A DNA stretch of 24,460 nt, taken from IMG/VR virus record IMGVR_UViG_3300031992_000020; one strand, 5' to 3'. The notes beneath the pieces are model-generated. The model ran no database searches, was not told the origin of the DNA, and was given only the letters and a program-made list of their open reading frames with translations. This DNA comes from a virus (lineage: Duplodnaviria > Heunggongvirae > Uroviricota > Caudoviricetes). The position numbers were made by a program, and so were the translations under genes. Within the stretch, counting starts at the first letter, position 1; each line of letters begins with the position of its first letter. Shown in pieces: positions 1 to 6,823 of the stretch.

Positions 1-884
1 ACTGTGACTATTTACATCACGGATCGCATATGATGGAAGGTTTTTCCCTCGGAAGGAGGATTTCACCTACAAACCCTTGCGCGCAATGAGTAGGTTATTA
101 GTGCTTACTGCGGATTTTCACCGCACGATCCGGCTACTCGACCTCACGAGATTCGGAATTGGGAGACTTCTTTTTTAGAGTGCTAACGCCACTCGTGGTG
201 AGGAACCCAACGGGCAATCTCCACATTCGCGGTGCGTCTTTATACCCCGTTGCCGCACACGGTCTCCAACTAGCCAATGACTATTGTGTTACCTTACGGG
301 TAGCACGCACACAGACTAAGGATCAAATGCACTTTACTTCGCTTCTTTATATACCGATTTCCGCAAGCCACATATCACAGCGCCCAATCTTAGGACCGAC
401 TTACGTGCCAGTGGTAGTTGAAGTGCTAAATCCGTGTTATCGGTCGTAGTTTATTGTCATTGCGGACATGGTGGCCCAACGAGGATTCGAACCTACGATC
501 TGTTCCTTGAGAGGGAACCGGCCTAACCTTTAGCCGATTGGGTCATAATAGTGATGCAAGCGGTGATCTTGCCAAACGCGGTATCGCCTATATCCGTGCG
601 GCGAGCACAGGTAACCAACCTGTTACTTTGAGCCACCGCAAGAGGATTCGAACCCCTACACTACGTTCTCACCGATCGACCCCACGTGTCTTTATCCTGG
701 CCGCGGGACCCAGTTGAGAAAGCCTAACGCTCTTTCTCGCTCCAACGCTGCTTACGCAGTAGGCTTAAACTATTTTTTATACTCATTGCCTTAGTTTGAG
801 TTGAGCCGATATCATTTCTCATACCCTCTGCGCTCCTCGGGGCAGAGTTTTTTTAGGAGGTTTTCTTTCCTCTCTTCATCTTAC
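1..884 (-). ncRNA. Large ornate ncRNA, GOLLD/ROOL-like, containing tRNA-Glu (3' end at or beyond the window edge)
   Basis: No credible ORF; promoter at 891-919. Many nested helices on the minus strand: GACCGA/TCGGTC, GGAGAC/GTCTCC, CAACGGG/CCCGTTG, GAGTG/CACTC, GAGTAG/CTACTC enclosing TGCGG-TGAAAAT-CCGCA, and a likely pseudoknot CGGATCG/CGATCCG. GAGTAGCC and GGTGAAATCC motifs resemble GOLLD 3' domains as I recall them. Family not verified. Confidence 0.55.
469..545 (-). tRNA. tRNA-Glu(CTC)
   Basis: Cloverleaf; anticodon arm GTTCC-CT CTC AA-GGAAC; T-loop TTCGAAT; CCA encoded. Confidence 0.9.
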
Positions 885-890
885 ATATAT

Positions 891-925
891 ATTATATCAA
901 AATTTTTTTAGTTTTTCAAGTCACT
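891..925 (-). promoter_or_regulatory. sigma70/sigA-type promoter with AGTSACT box
   Basis: TTGAAA (919-914), 17 bp, TGnTATAAT (896-891); AGTSACT at 919-925. Confidence 0.8.
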
Positions 926-976
926 ATCGTTTTCATTGGACAGTTCCTTGATCAGTTCCTGCATTTCCTCGTACTC

Positions 977-1177
977 TTAGTCAAAGGCGTCATAGGACAC
1001 ATTCAGAATAAAATCATCAAGCATCTCTTTTCCTCCTTTGTCACGAAACTTATGTTTGCGGTTCTGTTCGCAATAGGGGCAACTGCCATGATTGCGGCAG
1101 GTCTTATCTATTGCTTTTGATTTGCGGTAGGGCTTTCGATGTTCTTTGCCATGCTTTATTGCTTGATCGAGCGACAT
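977..1177 (-). CDS. Small basic Cys/His protein (CRNHGSCPYC), hypothetical phage protein
   Basis: ATG 1177 after GAGGGAGG RBS; ends TAA; promoter directly upstream. Confidence 0.75.
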   Translation of the reverse strand: MSLDQAIKHGKEHRKPYRKSKAIDKTCRNHGSCPYCEQNRKHKFRDKGGKEMLDDFILNVSYDAFD

Positions 1178-1207
1178 CTTTCGTCCCTCCCTCAACCTTA
1201 CATATAT

Positions 1208-1243
1208 ATTATATAATAATTTTTTATGATTTTCAAGTGACTG
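1208..1243 (-). promoter_or_regulatory. sigA-type promoter with AGTSACT box
   Basis: TTGAAA (1237-1232), 18 bp, TATAAT (1213-1208); AGTSACT at 1237-1243. Confidence 0.75.
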
Positions 1244-1259
1244 TCAGTTTAGCTTGGAA

Positions 1260-1523
1260 TCAATAGTCAACGTCGACATACACTTCATCGCCATAATGGA
1301 AACCATTTGCCAGAAGAACGTCGATGATTTTCTGCATCCATTCTTCGCCTTCTACTTCATCAGCCAACTCATTCTCAGTAGGGATCCAGAAAAGAATGCT
1401 ACAAGACTGACTCGGCATAAACCAATCATTAAAACGGCCTTCGACATAATGATTACTCGGCGAATCACACAAACGGAACAATTCATTACCATCAATATGA
1501 GTGTAAGTTTTCGTTTTCAGCAT
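1260..1523 (-). CDS. Hypothetical acidic protein, 87 aa
   Basis: ATG 1523 well spaced from AAGGAAAG RBS; ends TGA; promoter at 1563-1591. Confidence 0.75.
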   Translation of the reverse strand: MLKTKTYTHIDGNELFRLCDSPSNHYVEGRFNDWFMPSQSCSILFWIPTENELADEVEGEEWMQKIIDVLLANGFHYGDEVYVDVDY

Positions 1524-1562
1524 AGTAGTCACTTTCCTTTCCTTTCTTCATCTTATATATAT

Positions 1563-1591
1563 ATTATATAATAATTTTTTAAGATTTTCAA
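1563..1591 (-). promoter_or_regulatory. sigA-type promoter
   Basis: TTGAAA, 17 bp, TATAAT; the -35 overlaps the TGA stop of the upstream gene. Confidence 0.75.
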
Positions 1592-2055
1592 ATAAGATCT
1601 CTTGACCACTCTTGTATTGGATAACCATGTGCGGCAAACCAAGCTTGAATAGGGCCTCTCTCACTGCACAGTTTAGTAGGTGCTTCATGCAAAAGTAAAG
1701 CAAAATTTACATCTTCAAAGCTCGGTTCACGTTGAAGAATTTTCTGTCTAAGATCCTCAAATCTTTGCATGACTTCTGAAAAGTCAAGTTGGTTGAGTTG
1801 AATGCGATATCGTAATAAGAAGTCGCAATTTTGCGGCTCCATTCCACAAGACGGGCCGCAATATCCAGAGAGATCTACGCCAGGTGCAAATATATCCGCT
1901 CGAATACCATTGATAACTCCTCGCTTATCTTTAAATTGATAATCTTGTCCTTTATTATCATGAAAATATTTAGGATCCCACCTAGCCGTAGAAAGAGGAA
2001 TCAGGTTAGGTGGGAAAAATCTAATCATATAAAAGTAACTTGTATATATTGTCAT
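1588..2055 (-). CDS. DUF488-like protein
   Basis: N-terminal IYTSYF and C-terminal LLxHEAPxxxCSER resemble the DUF488 pattern; ATGA overlap with the upstream ATPase. Confidence 0.55.
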   Translation of the reverse strand: MTIYTSYFYMIRFFPPNLIPLSTARWDPKYFHDNKGQDYQFKDKRGVINGIRADIFAPGVDLSGYCGPSCGMEPQNCDFLLRYRIQLNQLDFSEVMQRFEDLRQKILQREPSFEDVNFALLLHEAPTKLCSERGPIQAWFAAHGYPIQEWSRDLI

Positions 2056-3185
2056 GCGAAATACCTTGCTGGACCGTATTCCTTGACACGAGTAAGAACA
2101 ATACGATCAAAAATCCATTTCTCATTTGCTTCTTTTGCTTTTTGCTTAGCAGTTTCATCATCATCTTCCCAGAAATCATCTGCATAATAATGCGGATTTA
2201 TAATCTGTTCATTGATAATATATTCGTTGCCAACCAAATGCGCCATGCAAGGACGGATTTTAAGATTGATAGAATCTCTTTTGCCGGAATTAGAATCATA
2301 GTTACTAACTGAGATCCATTCCATGTCGCGGCTAGTGAGGTCAAGTCTAACAGACCAGGCTTCATATACTACGTTATCTTTGCGGTAAGCCTTAATATCA
2401 AACTGAAGATTGTTAGTCTTAGTAATATTAAGATCGCGCATCGTTTCTTTCAAACTATAACCTTGATTGAGTTCAAAAGCAATAGCACGAAGAAAATCAT
2501 ATGGCATATCAACAGCGCCGGCAAGCTGAACAACATCTTGAATAGCTTGCTCATACTGCGGATCTACCTTGTCGCGCATATACTGCTCAACTTCCTCTTG
2601 GGTGGGCGGTTTCATGGTAAAATGATAATGAAAACGTCCTGGGCGGTTCAGCATATATTTGCTAATATCATCTAAATCATTACAAGTTACAATAAATAGT
2701 TTATGCCCACCATCAATACCATCAAACAAAGATAGCATTTCATCTTGTGGGTTATAATCATCCTGGGGCTTGAAGGTTTTTTCAAATTCATCAAAAACAA
2801 CAACACAATCTTGATCAATAGATGAAATGAAATCCGCAATCCCAGGTATGGCAATACTTACAATAAGTACGGGGTAATGTGCGGCAATTGCCTTTTCCGC
2901 AAGCACTCGCACGAAAAGACTTTTACCGATACCCTTTTGACCGGAAAGAAGTACGCCAAAATTGCGGCCAGTCATACGCTCATATGAATTAAGAACCTTG
3001 GCGACTTTCTCTTCACTATTGCCATACACCTGTTCTTCATTCACGCTCAGATCATGGCGGCTAGTGAGATAAAAGCCTTTCATTTTATGAAACTCAACAT
3101 TATATGATCCAATTGGAAGTTCCCTATATGTTTTTACATCTTCACCATATACTTGAAAACTACTTCCCGCATTTACTATATTCAT
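2052..3185 (-). CDS. AAA+ family ATPase
   Basis: Walker A GQKGIGKS, Walker B VVVFDEFEK, sensor-1 TCN, arginine finger RPGRF. Start moved to ATG 3185 because the longer ORF runs into tRNA-Trp. Confidence 0.9.
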   Translation of the reverse strand: MNIVNAGSSFQVYGEDVKTYRELPIGSYNVEFHKMKGFYLTSRHDLSVNEEQVYGNSEEKVAKVLNSYERMTGRNFGVLLSGQKGIGKSLFVRVLAEKAIAAHYPVLIVSIAIPGIADFISSIDQDCVVVFDEFEKTFKPQDDYNPQDEMLSLFDGIDGGHKLFIVTCNDLDDISKYMLNRPGRFHYHFTMKPPTQEEVEQYMRDKVDPQYEQAIQDVVQLAGAVDMPYDFLRAIAFELNQGYSLKETMRDLNITKTNNLQFDIKAYRKDNVVYEAWSVRLDLTSRDMEWISVSNYDSNSGKRDSINLKIRPCMAHLVGNEYIINEQIINPHYYADDFWEDDDETAKQKAKEANEKWIFDRIVLTRVKEYGPARYFA

Positions 3186-3204
3186 ACATTCTCTCCTTCT
3201 TATA

Positions 3205-3278
3205 TGGCAGGGGATACGCGACTCGAACACGTACCAACGGTTTTGGAGACCGACATGCTACCATTACACCAATCCCCT
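3205..3278 (-). tRNA. tRNA-Trp(CCA)
   Basis: AGGGGAT/ATCCCCT acceptor, CT CCA AA loop, G73, CCA encoded. Confidence 0.92.
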
Positions 3279-3369
3279 ATGGTGGGAGTTTCCTCTCGGT
3301 ACCTTGCGCTTTGTTTGACTTCATTGTTACCGTAGCACGTGATACTAATAACGAAGCTTCCCGACTCCC

Positions 3370-3443
3370 TGGCAGGCGACCAAGGATTCGAACCTTGAAC
3401 AACGGAGTCAGAGTCCGGTATGTTGCCATTACACCAGTCGCCT
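3370..3443 (-). tRNA. tRNA-Gln(CTG)
   Basis: AGGCGAC/GTCGCCT acceptor, CT CTG AC loop, G73, CCA encoded. Confidence 0.92.
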
Positions 3444-3541
3444 ATAAATCCGCCGACCACTCTATTGGAACACTTTCACCTTGCGGAGCGTCTATTGTGT
3501 ATTTGCTAGCAGAATTTGAACCATTAACTATGGCGGATAAG

Positions 3542-3615
3542 TCTGAGTAGTAGGATTTGAACCTACGGCCTCGTGGTCCCTGGCCACGCGCTCTACCAAA
3601 CTGAGCTATACCCAG
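3542..3615 (-). tRNA. tRNA-Pro with unusual AGG anticodon and C33
   Basis: Pro-type body (C1:G72, A73, GCTCAGTTTGGTAGAGC D-arm); anticodon arm CGTGG-CC AGG GA-CCACG; no encoded CCA. Confidence 0.8.
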
Positions 3616-3618
3616 ATA

Positions 3619-3693
3619 TGGACGCACAGATGGGAGTCGAACCCACTAACTCAGGTTTTGCAGACCTGCCCCCGACCGACGAGGATCTGTGCA
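3619..3693 (-). tRNA. tRNA-Cys(GCA)
   Basis: CAGGT-CT GCA AA-ACCTG; U73; CCA encoded. Confidence 0.88.
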
Positions 3694-3711
3694 ATGTGCG
3701 GCAAATGCCGC

Positions 3712-3921
3712 TTATTCTTTAATAAACCAAATGTCCTGTACAATCTGATCCAAAAGATATTCAATACAGAGCATATCCTGTACTGGATAACTTAGACCAC
3801 CACCACTTTCAAAAACCATTTGATCATTTTTCCAAACCCACTGATCATCTGGGTGCTCGGTATTAGAAATAGCTTTTCCCGCACGCATAGCTTTATATGC
3901 TTCTTTGAAACTCATATACAT
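3712..3921 (-). CDS. Small protein, possibly DUF2829/Tad2-like
   Basis: GAGGT RBS then ATG; N-terminal MSFKEAYKAMRAGKAI and C-terminal DIWFIKE resemble the ends of DUF2829 proteins; lies between tRNAs. Confidence 0.6.
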   Translation of the reverse strand: MYMSFKEAYKAMRAGKAISNTEHPDDQWVWKNDQMVFESGGGLSYPVQDMLCIEYLLDQIVQDIWFIKE

Positions 3922-3944
3922 TACCTCACATTTAATTATAAATG

Positions 3945-4016
3945 TCCCCGTGGTGGGAATTGAACCCACTGTACCCAGATTAAAAGTCTGGTGCCTTACC
4001 GGTTGGCTACACGAGG
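3945..4016 (-). tRNA. tRNA-Lys(TTT)
   Basis: CCAGA-CT TTT AA-TCTGG; CCTCGTG/CACGGGG acceptor; no full CCA. Confidence 0.9.
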
Positions 4017-4197
4017 ATATAAAGATAGAATATTGTAATGGTTTTGTCCATATGGGGCGCTGTACTGCCGCGCCTTCTATCTTATTTACTCTGGCGACTG
4101 GGTTCCTTGTCCCCTCTTGAACGGCCTGAGTAAGGCGTAATGTCGCTCATAAGTGATTGATTATCCTCACTCCGATACACGGACTTATGAGCGAGAG

Positions 4198-4282
4198 TGC
4201 GCCGGGTTGGAGTCGAACCAACGATGTATCTTACGTGCCTGATTTACAGTCAGGTGGGATCGCCAACTACCCATACCGACGC
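4198..4282 (-). tRNA. tRNA-Tyr(GTA)
   Basis: CCTGA-CT GTA AA-TCAGG; long variable arm; A73. Confidence 0.9.
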
Positions 4283-4562
4283 ATAAAGTAACTGTGGTGG
4301 TTAGCCACTAACGGTAGTTACATACCGTGCGTGCATTCACAGGCGCTAGCAATGTTCACTGGTTAGTCTTTAACGTATCGGCTAACATTACGCCATCTTT
4401 GAACCGCAGGAACTAAAGATGGAACAGTTCCATATAATTGGTAGTTTTCCCGCGTAGCAACGGTTATTCTACCTATGCAGGTTTGATTTCTGGAGCTCAA
4501 CCTACTGAACATCTCCGAAGCCTTTTCTTATCGAAGTCTCCTTATCGGTAGCTACTTTGGCC

Positions 4563-4638
4563 TGGTCCGGGATGACGGGCTCGAACCGCCGACTTCCTGC
4601 TTGTAAGGCAGGCGCTCTCCCAGCTGAGCTAATCCCGG
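4563..4638 (-). tRNA. tRNA-Val(TAC)
   Basis: Canonical 76-nt cloverleaf, CT TAC AA loop, CCA encoded. Confidence 0.95.
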
Positions 4639-4647
4639 ATAAAAGAG

Positions 4648-4720
4648 TGGAGCTGACGCGAATCGAACGCGCTACATCCTGCTTGCAAGGCAGGTGCTCT
4701 ACCAATTGAGCTACAGCCCC
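4648..4720 (-). tRNA. tRNA-Ala(TGC)
   Basis: GGGGCTG/CAGCTCC acceptor with G3:U70; CT TGC AA loop. Confidence 0.95.
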
Positions 4721-4728
4721 ATAGAAGA

Positions 4729-4863
4729 TGAATGACTTAGTGAGCCTTATAGGGCGATCAACTCCTACTATCTGGTGCTACGTTTGGACCCAGACACCCT
4801 CCAGTGCGACTCACATTCCATTCCTGCATCGTGCACACGCAGGTGGTAATCTCTTGTCATTCA
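4729..4863 (-). ncRNA. Candidate structured small RNA between tRNA-Lys and tRNA-Ala
   Basis: Closing helix TGAATGAC/GTCATTCA; internal CCTGC/GCAGG, GTGAG/CTCAC and TCTGG/CCAGA helices; no ORF. Confidence 0.45.
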
Positions 4864-4867
4864 ATAA

Positions 4868-4942
4868 TGGTGCGCCATCAGGGATTCGAACCCTGGATCC
4901 ACTGATTAAGAGTCAGTTGCATTACCGCTGTGCTAATGGCGC
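4868..4942 (-). tRNA. tRNA-Lys(CTT)
   Basis: ACTGA-CT CTT AA-TCAGT; CCA encoded. Confidence 0.93.
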
Positions 4943-5104
4943 ATATCGTACATATGGTTAGCATTTAGCCACTTGCCAGTGGACGCCAGCTCCGTTTCCT
5001 TACTCACTTTTGTACGACTTACTGCAGTTCACGTACTCGGCTTACGAGCCTCAGCTTTCAGGGCGTCGCCCCATGTGTTTTTTATAAAATTCAGATCAAA
5101 TCAA

Positions 5105-5371
5105 TTATTCAGTGTAGACCAAAAATTTGTCACCATAGGTCAAACCGCACTCGCGCATCACAATGCGATAGAACAGCTCGTTCTCAATATCATAGTCGAG
5201 AGTCATTGAATCTTCGTCATCCGGAACATAGGCTTCAACCACAATATCATCCCGGTCGGTCAGTGAACAGTTGATTGCATAAGCAATATCATTCGGATCA
5301 GTATGGATCTGATTTGCAATTTCCTTAGCAATCTCATGCAACCACACCATTTTCAAATTTTCAATCCGCAT
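5105..5371 (-). CDS. Hypothetical acidic protein, 88 aa
   Basis: GAGAGGAG RBS; own promoter at 5404-5432; ends TAA. Confidence 0.8.
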   Translation of the reverse strand: MRIENLKMVWLHEIAKEIANQIHTDPNDIAYAINCSLTDRDDIVVEAYVPDDEDSMTLDYDIENELFYRIVMRECGLTYGDKFLVYTE

Positions 5372-5403
5372 CCCTCAATCTCCTCTCTCAACCTTACATA
5401 TAT

Positions 5404-5441
5404 ATTATATAATATTTTTTTAAGGTTTTCAAATAGTGACT
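5404..5441 (-). promoter_or_regulatory. sigA-type promoter, AGTSACT box offset by 3 bp
   Basis: TTGAAA (5432-5427), 17 bp, TATAAT (5409-5404); AGTSACT at 5435-5441. Confidence 0.8.
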
Positions 5442-5448
5442 AAGGAAG

Positions 5449-5522
5449 TCGGGCACCTGGGATTCGAACCCAGACTCACTGGTTTATAAGACCAGCGCAC
5501 TAACCGACTGTGCTAGTGCCCG
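5449..5522 (-). tRNA. tRNA-Ile(TAT)
   Basis: CGGGCAC/GTGCCCG acceptor; CTGGT-CT TAT AA-ACCAG; A73; no encoded CCA. Confidence 0.88.
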
Positions 5523-5523
5523 A

Positions 5524-5572
5524 TGGTGGAGCCAGGAGGTGCCGCCCCTCCCCAAAGATACTGTCAAGCCCC
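5524..5572 (-). ncRNA. 49-nt tRNA-Ala/tmRNA-TLD-like minihelix RNA with no anticodon arm
   Basis: GGGGCTT-GACAGTATCTTTGG-GGAGG GGCGGCA CCTCC-TGGCTCC-A-CCA: Ala-type acceptor with G3:U70, A73 and CCA, plus a T-arm-like hairpin. One-nucleotide spacers to the tmRNA and tRNA-Ile. Confidence 0.6.
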
Positions 5573-5573
5573 A

Positions 5574-5931
5574 TGGTGGAGACGAGGGGAATTGAACCCC
5601 TGTCCGAACTACAACCAGCATCAAGAATTACTTACGCGATAGCCATTTTTACGTGTGGCGCACAAGGGATGATCCGTAGATCAAATTTTCCACCACTTAC
5701 TTTTTACCAGCAGCCGGAGAAGTAAGAAACTGCGGCGTATGTCTCCTGTATTCTATGATCCGCAAGCATTTACCCTTGGAGACACTGGGATGCTGTTTAG
5801 GAGTCTCAGCCTAATTAGGCAGCGAGACGATCTTCGAAATAGTTGTCAGTTATTGTTTTTCGGCCCATAAGGCGGTACCGATACCCGCGATCTTGATACC
5901 TATTATAACCCGTCGAAACCAAAACGTCCCC
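5574..5931 (-). ncRNA. ssrA: tmRNA (one-piece), tag (A)DNYFEDRLAA
   Basis: 5' GGGGACGTTTTGGTTTCGACGGG, 3' GGGGTTCAATTCCCCTCGTCTCCACCA, G3:U; ATAACT before resume codon GAC (5847); tag ORF ends LAA-TAA (5815); 358 nt. Confidence 0.95.
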
Positions 5932-6040
5932 ATAAAACACCCTCTTCGCAGTATTTGGTGAGAACGTTTTTTACAAGGTATCTCTCACAGGCCCTGTTAG
6001 AGTTTTACTCCTATCCGGCAACTGCGTTCTTCCCTTGAAG

Positions 6041-6112
6041 AGCCGAAGGCGGGATTCGGACCCGCGATCTTTCGCTTACCAAGCGACTGCTCTACCCCTG
6101 AGCTACAACGGC
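6041..6112 (-). tRNA. tRNA-Thr(GGT), possibly degenerate
   Basis: TT GGT AA loop and Thr-like D-arm; two T:T mismatches in the acceptor; TCC instead of TTC in the T-loop. Confidence 0.75.
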
Positions 6113-6288
6113 ATAAATCGCAAGAGACGAGTATCATGTGCGCTAAGAAGCCCAGTGCATGGGCAACATGACTTTTCACTGCCTCTCGCTTCATCTTTCA
6201 GCCATTCTTTTACTTCCTTGCAAAAGGTGCCAAGTTATTAGGAAGTCAGCGTATTGCAACTCATGTTCTTGAATTGCAAACGATGAAA

Positions 6289-6459
6289 TTAATCCTCGTA
6301 AAATTCTGGTTCAGCATCATACTGGTCACAAACGTCCTCAAACCAATCAAACTCATCCTCACGATAAGCCTGACGGCCTGCTTCAGAAGAAAACACAGTA
6401 GTAGTTCCATAGGTCCAAGAATATTCACCCATTGCGATTCCCTCCTCAAAGTCGTTCAT
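6289..6459 (-). CDS. 56-aa very acidic protein (not in the ORF track)
   Basis: MNDFEEGIAMGEYSWTYGTTTVFSSEAGRQAYREDEFDWFEDVCDQYDAEPEFYED; GAAGGGA RBS; promoter at 6484-6512; ends TAA. Confidence 0.75.
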   Translation of the reverse strand: MNDFEEGIAMGEYSWTYGTTTVFSSEAGRQAYREDEFDWFEDVCDQYDAEPEFYED

Positions 6460-6483
6460 TGTTTCCCTTCACCTTACATATAT

Positions 6484-6518
6484 ATAATATCAAAATTTTT
6501 TAAAGTTTTCAAGTCACT
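6484..6518 (-). promoter_or_regulatory. sigA-type promoter with AGTSACT box
   Basis: TTGAAA (6512-6507), 17 bp, TGnTATTAT (6489-6484). Confidence 0.78.
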
Positions 6519-6592
6519 TTGCATTTCGCTAGTAATGACGTTCGTCATAGGTATACTCATTATATGAGCGTTTCATAGCATCCTCTTTAAAA

Positions 6593-6772
6593 TTATTTGC
6601 CCAGTTGTTTCATTACATATAGCGGCTTCATTAACCATACTCGATCCCAATTTAAAACTGCAAGAATTTCACCAGCTTCATTGACTAACTCAACCCAATT
6701 GCCGCATACTTCTTGCCAATGAGAACAATCAGGAAAATCAATATACTCAGTAGCACTATAATAGACTCGCAT
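6593..6772 (-). CDS. Hypothetical protein, 59 aa
   Basis: AAAGGTAGG RBS, ATG 6772, ends TAA. Confidence 0.7.
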   Translation of the reverse strand: MRVYYSATEYIDFPDCSHWQEVCGNWVELVNEAGEILAVLNWDRVWLMKPLYVMKQLGK

Positions 6773-6823
6773 TAACAACCTACCTTTCTGGTTTGATACA
6801 AATTATCATTCCATTTTTAGTTC

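Noticed and set aside
159-449. Plus-strand 96-aa ORF
   Set aside because: Antisense to the structured RNA, no RBS, no protein-like features.
3370-3443. Amber suppressor tRNA
   Set aside because: The anticodon is CTG, not CTA. None of the 12 tRNAs here has CTA.
4982-5067. Hammerhead or other self-cleaving ribozyme
   Set aside because: CTGA and GAAA words are present, but I could not build the CUGANGA...GAAA core with correct stems. Kept only as a structured spacer.
3104-6241. Numerous 60-150 aa ORFs across the tRNA/tmRNA cluster
   Set aside because: They overlap clear tRNA or tmRNA genes and lack RBSs. Only 3712-3921 and 5105-5371 are kept.
6261-6449. 62-aa minus-strand ORF in the track
   Set aside because: The alternative frame 6289-6459 has the RBS and promoter spacing and a more protein-like sequence.
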